A DNA stretch of 64,000 nt from Gekko japonicus (GCF_001447785.1 NW_015167085.1:310001-374000); one strand, 5' to 3'; positions 33,317 to 46,374 are shown, counted from the stretch's first letter. Notes: a model not told the origin generated them from the sequence alone. Numbers and translations: made by a program.

Positions 33317-36021
33317 TATATAAAGTATATAAAGGGCTAAATAAATGTTTTAAAAAGTCAGTTTTTAAAAAATAATATGTTTGGGATCTTTATCTTTTTT
33401 TATTCCATGAACTTTGTGATACTACATTTCATTGTTGTTATCCTGGAAAACAATTCTAGCCAACTGTGTTGACATGCCATAGCAAAAGTGACTCATCAGT
33501 GGCTTATAGAACACAGTTCACTGAGCATTTGAAAGAAGGAAATAGAAATAGAACAAAAAGAAGCCCTGGTGATTTTCTATACTGGTGCTTAATAGACATA
33601 CCCCCTTTCCTTCCCTCTCCATGTTCAGTCACATGCTGGAACCAAGCAGCAACAGCAAGGGGGGGGGGGACAACAGCATTTCTGGAACTGGGGAAAAGCA
33701 GAAGCCAGGGCTATTGCTGTGAGCTGCAGAGGTTGAGACTTGTTACGGAGAAAATGAGAAGTGTATTACTAATGCCCAAAAGGTGACTCTTGTGTAGAGC
33801 GAAACTGCAGGAGTGTTGTGTATAAGGTACTGAGAAGGAAGAAACTGGGATGCACCTATTGTGGCTTTTCAGCATTTGAAGGCATTAGCTTGTGACTTTT
33901 ACTTGAGCAGTAGTGACCACCCCATATTCCATAGCTTTGTAAATGAAATGAAGATTACCACAGTTGTTGTTGCAGACATCAGTGTGTCTATACTTTAATG
34001 TGATCCATCTCCAATCATAGTGAATGTTGTAATTTAGAAACACAGTTGTATAGGAACATAGAGGATGGGATTCTACAGAGGCTCACTGCTAGCTAGGAGG
34101 GAGGAGCTGCAGGTAGTAGGGCTTGGAGAGCATTACATTTACTTTAGTTTGTCCCTCCTATAATTGAGCCTTAATAGATTATATTAATGGTAACAGTGAA
34201 TAGGCCAATAGGCTGTACATCTGCTTGAATGCAACAGTAAGCCTAGTGTTTACAGAGATCTTAGTTTTAACTAAGCAAACAGCAGTATTACTCTAAAGTG
34301 TTTGTTTCTAACCGTGTCATATATCAAAGAAGGATTAAAGCATTTCTTGGGATAGAGCTATCTGGAGTGACCACTTTCCTGGGGAACCATATGTGGATGC
34401 TGAACAGAGCTTACAAATATCTGTTTCATACAGAATGTGCTTAAGCGTTGCTTTGTGAGTGTAGCAATTTGATTTTTCAACTGGAAGGAAATTTGAGCAA
34501 GCTAGATATTGGCATATTGACATGAGATCTGCCAAATATATATTTTGGACCACAGATAAATATATCTCCTTAAGAGTGGAAGGGCAATGCTTAGGCAGTT
34601 GACGTGAAATGCAGCTGGATGTAAGGAAAGGAATCTCTTGTCCTTTTGGGTGTGGCTTGAGTAACCACATTACTGAGCATGCTAAAGTGTTGGACCACAG
34701 CCAAACTACAATCTGGTTATCTGAAAGGGAGAGTTACCAGTTGTGACATCACTTTGGATTGTCAGTTCTAATCAAAGAACACTACATGCACTCATTACAT
34801 CATTTATGAATAAAACTATACTTCTTTGAAAACATGCCTTTTAAACATTGCATTATAAGTCATGTGAGTCTTTATTAGACTAAACAACAAAATTAACACT
34901 GAACCATTTTATCAGAGCTGTGTCTTACAGGCCTGTATCTTATTCTCAAGGCTTTGAATATGCCACATTACAAATTCTTCATACTTATATACTGTGGCAT
35001 TTCAAATCTTTTGTTCATGAAATTCAGATTGTATGCTCAGAGAAACCTGATTCTGCAGCCTCCATATCTTATGAAACAGACCATAATTTCTCTAAATTTG
35101 TGCATATTTTGGTTGCCAAACTTGGTAAATTGTAATGAGCTTTGCAGAATGACCAGCAAGCCCACAGCATGTCACAAGAATGGCTTTTCCACATGAGGGC
35201 AGCCTAGACCTGAATCTTTTGCCTGCACGCTCTTGTAGGGTCCAATAAGTTTGACCATCTCTTAGTTATATTTCAGATTTGAACAATGTACTTTTAGTTC
35301 ACTTCAACTGCAAAGGCTTCTAGAACAAAGTTTCAGATTCTTTGAGGTAGTCTATCTTTAAAAAATTATATAAATGGCACTTACTGCATCCTGTGGTAAT
35401 ATGATCTGTGTGTACCTGAAAAGTGTTTCTAGATGTTCCCTTTGGAGAAAGGAAAATGTAAATTTGTCTTGTTGTGTACTGTACATCTTTTTGTAAGGAG
35501 GTTATATCCATGTTAATACTTTTCATTGTTACACAGAGAGCCACAGTATCTGGCATCTACATTGTTCACATGGTCTGTTAAAAAGTCCTTGCCAGCAATT
35601 CTATTGCTTCAGAGGAACATCAAAGCACCTGAGACCGAACAGTGTTGAAATGGGTGTTTTGTGAGAGGGATGCTTCTGAAATACAAAGCATGTATATAAA
35701 TTGGATTTCTTTTAGCTTTAAAATTCAGAGCAAATTTTAGAGTTCAAAATGACACACAATGTGACCTTCACTTAAAAAACCTTTAAATTATGTTTAGTTA
35801 AATTCACCCTACCTTTTTGTGTGTGGTGAATAGCCTTCCTTTGTATCTTTTTGTTTGCAGAAAGTTCTGTGTTGTTGCTATAGGTTAAAAGCTGAGAGCT
35901 TATCTTGATGTTCGGCAGTCTGCACATGGAACTATACCACCTCAGACCTCAGATATGTGAGTGAATCACCAACTTTCAAATTTCCCTGCACATAAAAAGC
36001 AAGCACATCAGAGAGAAGCCT

Positions 36022-36054
36022 NNNNNNNNNNNNNNNNNNNNNNNNNNNNNNNNN
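36022..36054. other. Assembly gap
   Basis: Run of N. Confidence 1.
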
Positions 36055-36392
36055 TTTAGTGAATATAGATGTCAAAGCTGAGCTTGGTGAGATTCTCTTC
36101 CTGTCATTCCCCAAATGGAATTTAATTTTGTAACTAATTACTCAGACATCAAAAACTGGTAATCCAAAAGGAAATAAATGAGATATTCCCAACTCTCATC
36201 TGAAGACAGGAAAAGTTTGCTTACATCAAATAAAAGAGATGTCCAGCAGTAAGTTTTATATTTGACCACGTCAGATGAGATGTGGATATTAAACAGATTT
36301 ATCTCCCTGTTATGTATTTCCTTTGCTGCCCCATTACCCCAAAGAGCTTGGCTTGATTAATGATACAAGAAAATAAACAGACGCACCAGTCA

Positions 36393-36586
36393 CAGGAGAT
36401 GAAAAATAGGGCAAGGCCGATGGTGCAAAATCAGGTAGCTACTTTTTTACTCTTTCTGAAGAAATACTGCAAGACAAACAGATTTCCCTGACAAAGCCTA
36501 CGTAGGGAATTTTTGGAAATCTGAGTAATAAAAGATATTTTAACCTGATTTTGCACCGTTGGCCTCAGCCTATTTTTTAGCTCCTT
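36393..36586. repeat. Imperfect foldback with ~44-bp arms, probable old MITE
   Basis: AAAATAGGGCAAGGCCGATGGTGCAAAATCAGGT pairs with ACCTGATTTTGCACCGTTGGCCTCAGCCTATTTT. Confidence 0.7.
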
Positions 36587-36924
36587 GATTAATGATGCTT
36601 CAGAGATGCCAGGTAAGAAGGCAAAATATCGCTGTATTTTGCAAGCATAATCAGTGCTCTGTGCTGTGTGGTTTTCATTTTTTCTAGTATGAAGTATGCA
36701 CAGAACTTAATATTTTTGTTTGTTTGTTTAAAGTGCAAGTCACCTTTTCTTATCTGCTTTCCCCCAATACCTTTCCATGGTTGGATCCAAAGTTTTATAG
36801 TAGTGTCACAACTGCAGGGGAATTATTGTTCATCAGGTTTCCCCTCCTTCCAAAATGTCATAGCTGAGGGTTGGTTGGAGGACCCTCAAGAATAGAATGC
36901 TGTCCGGGGAGGGGAGGCGGCTGC

Positions 36925-37024
36925 CAGTGTTCCCTCTAAGCTGAGTTAGTGTGAGTCAGGTCACAGTTTTTTAGCCTCCGGCTCACAGATTTTTGTCTTA
37001 GCTCAGGAAGGATGGCTCCAGAGC
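36925..37024. mobile_element. Half copy of the 3250/19558 hAT MITE
   Basis: CAGTGTTCCCTCTAAGCTGAGTTAGTGTGAG...GCTCCAGAGC. Confidence 0.85.
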
Positions 37025-37029
37025 TGTCT

Positions 37030-37130
37030 TTCACAAAGTCTCTTACTGGAATAAATGTTCCTCTGTAAGGTGGCACTGGACTACTGTTTTGTTTTGCTAC
37101 AATAGACTAGCATAGATACCCCACCTGAAT
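37030..37130 (+). mobile_element. Penelope-like pseudo-LTR end remnant
   Basis: AATAAA..TAAGGTGGCACTGGACTACTGTTTTGTTTTGCTAC..AGACTAG..CCCACCTGAA resembles squamate Penelope termini as recalled. Confidence 0.5.
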
Positions 37131-37313
37131 TGATAGACTATAGCTAGTGTCTCACCATGATTACGCTATTATGATTTTTAAGGAGAATATTTTTATTCCA
37201 GTTTGTTTGAAGACATAAACCCATTAAGCATGGGGGAAATCCTGCTTAACTTGTCAAGGGAGAGGTCACTGAAAAATTAATAATGAATTCCCCCCCCCCC
37301 GGCCTGTCTTTTC

Positions 37314-39330
37314 TTTTTCTTTATTTTTTTTTGAGAAATTATTATTTTCTTACTACAAACACTACAAAAAACACTACAAATACTAACACTAAACTAAAAA
37401 TAAGCTATACAAAGATCATATATAACAGTTAAATGCATGTTTAGTTAAAGCTCTCTCTATAAAAAAGATAGTTTTTGGAATATAGCTAATTTCTACCACT
37501 TCTATTACAAACTGGTAAATATATAATTGAATCAAGTAAGTACATCTCAAACAATAAGACTTTTAAGCTTATACAATTCTGTTATATCTGTTTCTTCCCC
37601 TTATTTTTCTACTTATCAAATTTCCATTTGACTTTCAGGACTTTTGAGGCCGCCGCCCCTAATTCTGATTCAGAGTCTTCTTCTGGATTACTGCTCACTG
37701 TAGATTCCGGACCCATATGTCCTGGTTTCTTCTTCGATATCTTGTTCCTCTGCTGTATCTTTTTCGCTCTCTGGTTTTTGTTGCTGTTCCAAGAACATCT
37801 TCGCTTTTAAAACAGAGTCTATCTTCTTTCAGGACTTTTGGGGCTGCTGCCCCTGATTCTGATTCAGAGTCTTCTTCTGGATTACTGCTAGCTGTTGATT
37901 CGAATTCTTCTGTTCCATGAGTGCTGCTTTTTTCTCTAATGTTTTGTTCCTCTGCTGTATCTTTTTTATTCGCTGGTCTTTGTTGCTGTTCCAAGAACAG
38001 CTTCGTTTTTAAAAGTCTATCTTTTCTTTTTTATCCTTGTAGTTGAAGACCAATCCTTTGGGTACTATCCATCTGTAGGGTGTGGAATTTTTCTGCAAGA
38101 AGCTGGTTAAATTTTTGTATTGTGTCCTCTTCCCTCTTATTTCAAATTGAATGTCTTTTAAGACTCTGATTTATTCATCTTTGATTTTTAAGGTAGTCCC
38201 ATTTGTGGCCTTGAGTGACATGTCTCTTGTTGATCTTTTAGAGAATCTCGCCACTATCTCCCCAGGCAGGTTTCTTTTTTTAATAAATTCTGGATATGTC
38301 CGATAGATCATATCAGCTTTGTAGTATATCCGCCGTTAAACCTGTCATTGGGGCCATCGCTTCACTTAAAATTGTCTTCAGATTCTCGCCGTGCTATTCA
38401 GGAACACCTTGAAATCTCAGAACAAACGCTGATTTTTCCATTTGTAGTCTTAAAAGTTGGTCTTTATCGGAGGATCTTTGTTTTCCCATCACCTTTAGTC
38501 TTTGATTAATCGCTTTTGTTTTGGCTTCAGCCTTTTTCATTGATTTTGCAGTCTCCTCTGTTTTTAAGTTCGTCTCTTTAAGCTGTTTTTGGAGCGCATC
38601 AAAATTCTTGTTGAGGTTAGTCATCTGCTCCAGCAGAGGGTGCAATGCAGTAGCCAACATGTTCGGAAAGTCAGTATTTACTTCTGGTTTAGCCACCGGA
38701 TGTGTTGATCTTGTAGTTCCAGGAGAGTGTCTCGGTCTCGTCGCCATATTATCTGCCTGCCCAGCCATTGTTTATATTTCAAGGAAAGTTTTTAAAAGTC
38801 AGTAAAAGTTGCTTCAAAGGCTCCGTTTGGTTGGATTTGTGCTTTGCTTGATTCAATTGACCACCAACATTTCTCATAGTCCCTCTCGCTAAAAGAGTTT
38901 GCTTAAAGTTGTGTGAGCTAGCTTCCTCCCTCTCCGTCGGTGGCAATTGGGGCTTCGGATATGCACTTTACCAAATAACCAGTCAAAAAGGAATTAGCAC
39001 TCATGCTTCATTCCATGCCTGCTACGGAGGTAGGGAGAGCTTTATTTTCACTGGATCTCTTGTTCGCTCACCCAGTGTGCACCTCTTGGAGTCATGATGG
39101 CGCCGCGGCAATTAGACCTATCAGGGCTTGGAGGTGCCTCAATCCCTTGGCCACAGCCTCAGGAGAGGCAACCTCCAGTACCCCAGGCTGGGAGTCCCCT
39201 ACAAGGACTCCAGGGGGGGGGTCCGGATCAATTGGCCCCCGCTCCCATCCGCCACGTCACGGGCCGCTCTTTTCAGAGCACCGAAGGAGCAGGCGTGCCA
39301 TGGAAGTCGCCAAAACCGGAAGTCCCCCCT
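37314..39330 (-). mobile_element. L1-derived ORF1-only element (HAL1-like), ~2 kb
   Basis: 5' GACTTCCGG and CpG-rich 5'UTR, disrupted ORF1, 3'UTR and A-rich tail; TSD GCCTGTCTTTTC at 37302-37313 and 39331-39342; no room for ORF2. Confidence 0.8.
37610..38768 (-). pseudogene. L1 ORF1p remnant (coiled coil, LRFQGVPE RRM start, acidic duplicated C-terminus)
   Basis: ORF track 38394-38768 and 37695-37994; stops and frameshifts lie between them. Confidence 0.75.
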
Positions 39331-40732
39331 GCCTGTCTTTTCATGTTACTATCTCTGAGAATATTATACAGGACCTACTTGTTTATCACTTTTTTTTGCA
39401 TAATCCTGCACATTTGCTAAGAACCAGCTATGATTTCTAAAAGCTGAAAGCAATAGGTAGTTCCTTGATTTCCTGCACTTGAATTTTCTGATGCAGAGAA
39501 AGAGATCTTATTCCTTCTCCAAGTCCTTAATCAAAGCAAGAAATGATCACAAAACTATTCACTATAGAATTACTATTTTTCTTTTTCTGTTTTATAACTG
39601 CCTGATGTGAAGCCTTTTCATTTACTGTCCCCTTTGGGTGTCATGGCTAGGATGATCCATTTTTATGGCAATTTCCTCCAAGCTATTTCCTTTGCATGAC
39701 TAAAGGTAGTGTCTTCATCTCCATAATTCTTTTTGCTATAATGGTAATCTGTTTTATATATTTCCTTTGTTGACTACCTTATTACACCGAAGGACAGTTT
39801 AAACTTATGTTTACTGTGCTCTCAGTTGCCCTTAAAATCTTACATTGTGAAGACTGCATAAAGGATAGGTCACCCAGTGGTACTCAGCTGATATAAAGAT
39901 CTAAGGCGGTTGTCAACCCTGCAAGTATGTTTTGGAAATTAATTTAGGCTTTTTTCCTGTTATTATTAACTTTTCTCTCTACATATGCTTAGGATGTTTT
40001 TAAATTATCATTGAGGAATTGGTTGTTGAATATGTTACAACAGTAGACACTAGACAGTTGGAGAATATGACAGGAAATTGAGTTTAATGCAGATACAGTA
40101 GTAGTAATAATAATAATAATACCCAGGAAAGCTATGCAGTCCTCAAGAATTTGGCCACTATTGGATCGATCATCATATTACCATTAGATTTGCATTCTGC
40201 TGTGTTTCTACAGGAACTTCTCTGGTATGTCCAACCACAGTTATGATTAATACCATCCTGTAACCACAAGATGTCATGAGATATTCCTTTTGGTTTGCCA
40301 AGATAATTTCTGGATTATTGTTTGAACAATTAAAAGAACCCAAGATCAGTTTCTTTCCATGTTCAATCTGTAACCATACAATCCTGCTTTTTTAAAATAG
40401 CGTAGATATGATATATCTAGACTTGGTAGAAGCATGTGGATTGCTTCTAGCAGAACAGGTTTCTCATTCTGCAGGTGAATCAGCTGTCACCTGGGAGTGG
40501 AAGGTACTCCTTGTCTTGGCATTTGAGTGAATCATTTCCTTGTATTCACTGTGTTGGAACTTGGATTTACAGACGTTTCTCTGAAATTGCCACTATTATG
40601 TTTTTTAAAGTGTTCTTAACAGACAAGTGTTGCACAAAACTATTCATCTTTTTAATGAACTAATTATCTCAGTTATTTTTCTAGCCATGTCCCCCCTTTT
40701 AGTTAATCCCACTTTTGTTTATGGTATTTATT

Positions 40733-40979
40733 CATTCCCCACTCCTCCACATGCAGCTGCTGGTGTGACCTTGGGTCAGTCATAAGATTTTTCAGAGCTG
40801 TTCTCTCAAGGGCAGTTATCAAATGAGCTCTCTCAGCCCCACCTACTTCACAGGTTGTCTGTTGTGGGGAGGGGAAGCGAAAGGGATTGTAAGCCGCTCT
40901 GAGTCTCCTTCGGGTAGTGAAGGGCGGGGTATAAATCCGGTCTCTTCCTCCTTCTCCTCCCCCTCCTCCTCTTCTTCCT
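40733..40979 (+). mobile_element. Squam3-type SINE, 5'-truncated
   Basis: ATTCCCCACTCCTCCACATGCAGCTGCTGG...GGGCGGGGTATAAATCC followed by a (TCC/TTC)n tail. Confidence 0.85.
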
Positions 40980-41353
40980 TAGCTGTCTTTCTCTTAAAAT
41001 AGAACTCAAAGGCTAATGTCAATCAAATCCATATAAGTAACATCATCTCCCATATACATTTGCCTTGAGACTCAGGTAGTACCGTCAGTAAAGTAAGTCA
41101 ATAAATGTCTGTTTGTTTACTTATTATATACTTGAGTTTGCTTTAAACTTGTTCTTAGTTTCTGTGCAGTTTTTCAGTGTGTTGGTTTTTTTAACATAAA
41201 ATGTACTTATAGTGCCAGATTGCCCCATCTGAACAGGCAGAGTGCTATCGAAACTTCAGAAACTTCCCATTAATAGTTTAAGCTTGCCTTCCCCCTTCCA
41301 GGCAAATTAATTAATTCCTCTCTGCTGCTTGCTGAGCACTCATGAATAAATAA

Positions 41354-41354
<1 letters not shown>

Positions 41355-41394
<40 letters not shown>

Positions 41395-41410
41395 ATCTAT
41401 CTATCTATCT
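41355..41410. repeat. (TCTG)n(TATC)n microsatellite at the L2 tail
   Basis: Seen directly. Confidence 0.9.
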
Positions 41411-42392
41411 AAAATTCATGCCCCATTGCCACCTGTTTAGCATCCATGAGGCAGCAAAAATACAGTTATAATGATAAAATTCAATTAAAAATAAACAATA
41501 ACACTAGAAGGAGGGTCAATAACTGTTATTGGGGGTATGCCAGGCACACACACAAAACCTCCACCTGCTGGTAAAAGACACCGATGGAGGGAGACAGACA
41601 GATTCCTGGGGACAGAGTTCCAGATTTTTGATGCCACGACAGAGAAGGCCATTTCTTGTGTTTCCGTCTGTCTGAGCTTCAGATGGCAGGGGTGACTGAA
41701 TCAAGGCCTCCCAGGATGACTGGAATGAGTACGTATATTTGTATGGGAGAAGGTGGTACTTAAGGCATGTTGGTTCCAGGCTGTACAGGGCTTTAATTAA
41801 CCTCTCCCTATAACCCACTCCAATCAACACTTTTGCTACAGCGTTCTGTACCGACTGCAGCTTCCAGACAGTTTCCAAGGGTAGTGCACATCAAGTGCAT
41901 TGCAATAATCTAATCTATATGTTATAAAGGCATGTACCACAGTGGCATGATCTTTTCTGCCCAGGAAAGGCCACAGCTGGCTGACCAGCTGAAGCTGCTG
42001 AAAGTCATCCCTGGCCACCACTGCTACCTAGTTGTCCAACAGGAGTCCCAGGTCAGGAGCATCCCTAGGTTACAAACCTAGTCCTTTAAGGGGAGTTCAG
42101 CCCCATCAAGAAAACAAAGAACTAATTTCCCAGGTCAGACCTTCCCCCCACCAGTATCACCTCTGTTTTGTCAAGATTAAGTTTTAGCTTGTTAGCCCTC
42201 ATCCATTCCCACACTGCCTCCAGGCACTTGTTCACAGTTTCCACAGCCTCCCTGGGATCTCCTGGTAGCATAAGACAGAGGTGAGTGTCATCTTCATGTT
42301 GATGGCAGCTCAGCCCAGATCTCCAGATGACATCTCCCAGTGGCCTTACAGTGGTTGAAAAAGCAAGGGGGACAAGATGGAACCTGGGGAAC
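41411..42392 (-). mobile_element. L2 LINE 3' fragment, degenerate
   Basis: Minus strand VP(Q)GSILSP, HQHEDDTH (decayed YADDTQ), VVHAFITYRLDYCNAL, KLQSVQNAVAKVL. Confidence 0.8.
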
Positions 42393-42503
42393 TGCTAGGT
42401 TGGCAGGAGCTGGGGCCAGAGACGAGGGCTCACTCCATCACGTGGCACTAGGGTCTCAAACTGCCGATCTACAGACCTTCCGGTCTGCAGCTCAGCATCT
42501 TAA
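42389..42503 (-). mobile_element. Sauria SINE 5' portion joined directly to the L2 fragment
   Basis: Minus strand GGAGTGAGCCCTCGTC...CAGCTCCTGCCAACCTAGCAGTTC. Confidence 0.8.
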
Positions 42504-42984
42504 TTTCTTTAGATCATAATCAAATAATTTATTTATTATCTGTTTCCATGCTCAAACACTCAGGTATGCCTAACAGCTCAGTCCTAAAATCTTTGTACTC
42601 TTTACTATTAGAGTGTTTTGAATTAGTCTCACAGTCATTTTGCCATAGGAGTATCGTAGTTTAGCTAAAGGCACAGTGGGACAGAGGAATACAAACACCC
42701 CAACCAAGCTATGATTCTTTCATGCAATAAGACAGTGGAGAGCTGTCTCTTGGTGGTTGCCCAGCTCTGCCTGTTGTATTTATCTAATCCACACTTTATT
42801 GCAGAGATCAGAGATATGCTTTGTTGACTCTGGCTTTACGAATGTGTGATAATGTAGTTCCATCTATGTTGGTGTCTGAAATTCTTTCACATTAAGACCC
42901 AAAAGTGCTTTTTTTAAAAATCAGTTGCCAGCTTGTAAAAAAAGTCCTATCATTAACAGTCTTGCTCAAGACTTGTAAACTGAG

Positions 42985-43110
42985 GGCCATGGGTTCCTTG
43001 ACTGAGTCACTCCATCTCATGTTGGGTCTCCCTCTTAAGTGCTGCCTTCAACTTTTCCTAGCATGATTGTCTTTTCCAGTGAGTCTCGTCTTCTCATAAT
43101 GTGATCAAAG
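42985..43110 (-). mobile_element. Old RTE-clade LINE 3' fragment
   Basis: CCATCTCATGTTGGGTCTCCCTCTT..CCTTCAACTTTTCCTAGCATG..CCAGTGAG parallels BovB 28531-28630. Confidence 0.7.
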
Positions 43111-43573
43111 CAAATTTATTAAATGAAGCTAACTAATTAAACAGGATTGAATACTGTAGTTTTTTGGGGGGAGGGGTGTTAATGATGTGAAATGTCCTCT
43201 TGTAATCATGATGATACACACACGTTACTCTGGAAATCTTCACTATCACCCCATCATAACTGAAGAGTTTGTTATTCTGTACTATAAGCTTCTTCGCAGA
43301 AATGTAGATGAAGCATTTTAGATGTTATTGTTTTGACCTGTAAAGAAAATCTTCAAGAAACTCTGAGCAGATGTTTATATCTTGCAGCATTTCAAACATT
43401 CTTGTCTCTGGAATGTACAGGTTTATGGCCTCAGGACTATGGTGAGATAGGATTCCAATTTCAGACTTGAGGTAAAACCGTCTTGCATTCCTTAAAGCAA
43501 TCTTCTAGTTAGGAATTTTTTCTTCTTGCCCACTCATATTTCAGAATTTGTATGTATTTCTGTTTAGTCGCTT

Positions 43574-43926
43574 GATAGCGGTGGCTCAAGTGGTTAAGAC
43601 ACTGAACTGCAGGCTGTGGAAGGTCAGTAGTTCAGCAGTTCAAGACCCGAGTTGCCGCATGACGGAGTGAGCTCCCGTCTCCAGTTCCAGCTCCTGCCAA
43701 CCTAGCAGTTCGAAAGCAAGAAATTGCAAGTAGATAAATAGGTACCACTTCGGTGGGAAGGTAACAGCGTTCCGTGCGCCTTGGTGTTTAGTCATGCCGG
43801 CCACATGACCACGGAAAGGTCTTCAGACAGCGCTGGCTCTTCAGCTTTGAAACGGAGATGAGCACCGCAACCCTAGAGTTGGATTCGAGTGGCTTTCGAG
43901 CAAGGGGACCTTTACCTTTACCTTTT
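43574..43926 (+). mobile_element. Sauria SINE, near full length
   Basis: tRNA-like head GGTGGCTCAAGTGGTTAAG, core CAGCTCCTGCCAACCTAGCAGTTCGAAAGC, (ACCTTT)n tail. Confidence 0.92.
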
Positions 43927-44196
43927 TAGAACACTCTAGAAAGAAATCTGTAAGGCATCACCTATATCTAACATTGAATCAGACTTCCAGGTAGACAGAA
44001 AACTAAAACAGGGAGGGGTTCTAATTCCCCCCCCCTCCAAGATGAGGGATGTTGCAAATGCAGACAACTTCCAGCCTTGGGCTGGAAGTGGGTGGAGGAG
44101 GGAATAGGACCTGGAGCCACCACCGGTCAGATGAGGGTCAAGCAAGCAGAGGGGGAAGAGGGGAAGCTGGAGGCATTGCCACATGAGCTGCGTGAG

Positions 44197-44756
44197 TAGC
44201 GGTGTGCAAAAATATATATCATTTTTTTTCCAATTCAGGTCCAGTGGGGTTTAACTCAGCCTTCTAGTCATGCCCCAATAAAAGCTGAATAAGATCGGCT
44301 TTTATTCGGGCACAGCTATTTCAGAAGCTGAATACAGATTTCTGATCGGTGTTTTTTTGGTATTTATTCAGCCGAATACAGATCTCTGCGAGAGCCATTT
44401 TGGTGTAGTTGTTTGGATCGTGGACTCTAATCTGGGAGAACTGACTTTGATTACCCACTCCTCCACATGCAGCTGCTGGTGTGACCTTGGGTCAGTCATA
44501 AGTTCTTTCAGAGCTGTTCTCTCAAAGCAGCTCTCGAAAGAGCTCTCTCAACCCCACCTACCTCACAGGGTGTCTGTTGTGGGGAGGGGAAGGGAAAGGG
44601 ATTGCAAATGGCTCTGAGACTCCTTCGGGTAATGAAGGGTAATGAATCCAATCTCTTCTTCTTCTCTCTGATTGGTTGAATAGATACCTTAAAACTACCA
44701 ATGATGTATTTTTCGGGTATTTATTTGGCTTGGTATATACCAAGTGCACACCCCTA
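44197..44756. mobile_element. hAT MITE containing a nested SINE
   Basis: TIRs TAGCGGTGTGCA / TGCACACCCCTA; 8-bp TSD TGCGTGAG/TGGGTGAG. Confidence 0.75.
44390..44664 (+). mobile_element. Squam3-type SINE, full length
   Basis: GAGAGCCATTTTGGTGTAGTTG...CTCACAGGGTGTCTGTTGTGGGG...(TTC)n. Confidence 0.88.
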
Positions 44757-46374
44757 TGGGTGAGTGAGGAGAAGAAGCAGGAGACACCATCACACCAGCT
44801 AGCCAGTGGGTGACCAGCCAGATGAGGAGGAGTGAGAGCCCCTGCCACCAGCAGGGCAAGCGGGCAAGAGCAGGAGCCACCACCACTGCCGCCTTTTGCC
44901 ATCACAGCTGCAGCTGCTGCATCCTCATGAGCTGGAGGGGGGAGGCAGCAGCACTGTAGTCAAGCAGGCTGGCAAGTAGTCTACCAAGCAAACCAGCGGG
45001 GAAGGATGAGATTGCCCCCCACAAGTCTTGTAGGTCCCCACTTATAATCAATTAATTTGTCTTGCTGTTCTGCGGCAGACCAATGCAGCTGTCCACCTGA
45101 AACCATTATCCAGCATTGGAACGCACTAGAAAATTGGTAGACAAAAAAGAAAAATGAAGCTATTGAAAAACATAAATGCAGCCAGCCCAGTTTATGGCTG
45201 GATTTATGTTGGGAAGCAGCCGCTGAAGACTTGCTGCTTCTTTCCCTGCACAGTCTTAAATCACCTAAAGAATCACTTTCAATTAAGGAAAGGGCCTGAG
45301 AGGGAGGGGGTTTAAATACCTCTTATCCAGTGCTGTGGCCCTAATCTATATTATCCCATCTGCAGCTGCTTTCTAGTCCCAAATAACTCATTTGGAATTT
45401 CACTCATAGTACTCCAGCATGACATATGATGGCTTCTAAAAGTATGAAGAAGTTGCCCATATGGAGCTTTGGAAAGTGTCACTGCATTAGATTCCCTTCA
45501 TCTACCCATGTGGGACATGTGGAACTCTTTTCTTTATGCAATAATAAACATTCCAAAAGACCTGCAGCTCAGTTGCGTTTTCTTGTAGTGTGCAAATCAA
45601 GGAGCACCTTGTATTGAGGTGGCTATAGCTACCTTCTGTCGAAAGATATTTTGTTCTGTGTCTACCATTATGAGAGCCCACAGTCTATTTTGGTTTTTCA
45701 TTGCAATGGAAGATCAGTGGTCTAAGACTTTTAACATGGTACATAAGGCATCTTGGATCCTACTACGTCCATAGGCTCCCTATACCAGTTATTCTACGTA
45801 ACATTTAGGATAACACTGTTATACCATATCAATCTGCCATATGAGAAACCTCCCAGAGATTAAAGAGAGATTATTTGATACTAGAAACCCTTTTAAAATA
45901 AAAGGGAGGTAATTTATCTTTGTAGTTTAAAGCAATTTTATCTTTCCACTTTGATAAATCATTCTGAAGGATCAAGGCTTTTTTCCTGAAATCCAGCATA
46001 TGCTGAAGTGAGCACAAGAGAGCACTATAGCATCTGAGAATCAGTAAAATGAATAGGTCTTGTCAGAGACTTCCTAAGCTCAAGAGAGAGCACAGGTGCC
46101 ACTGAAACCAGAAATAACTCAAGAAACCACTGATTCGTGGAAGAAGAATCCTTTTTATTCTGGGTTTGCATACAAGAAATTTGGCATTTAACCATAAGTA
46201 AGGGCTGCCATTGAAAAGCTAGACAATTTTGAGCCAAGTTTGTCATTTGACATTTAGACAAAACCAGTGTATGTGAGGTAGAAATCCTATTCCCCTAAAT
46301 TATATCATGTTCACATGAAAGTAATATCTATGTAGTAAACTCTCAGTACACTAGAATTTTTGTTCTCTTTAAGT

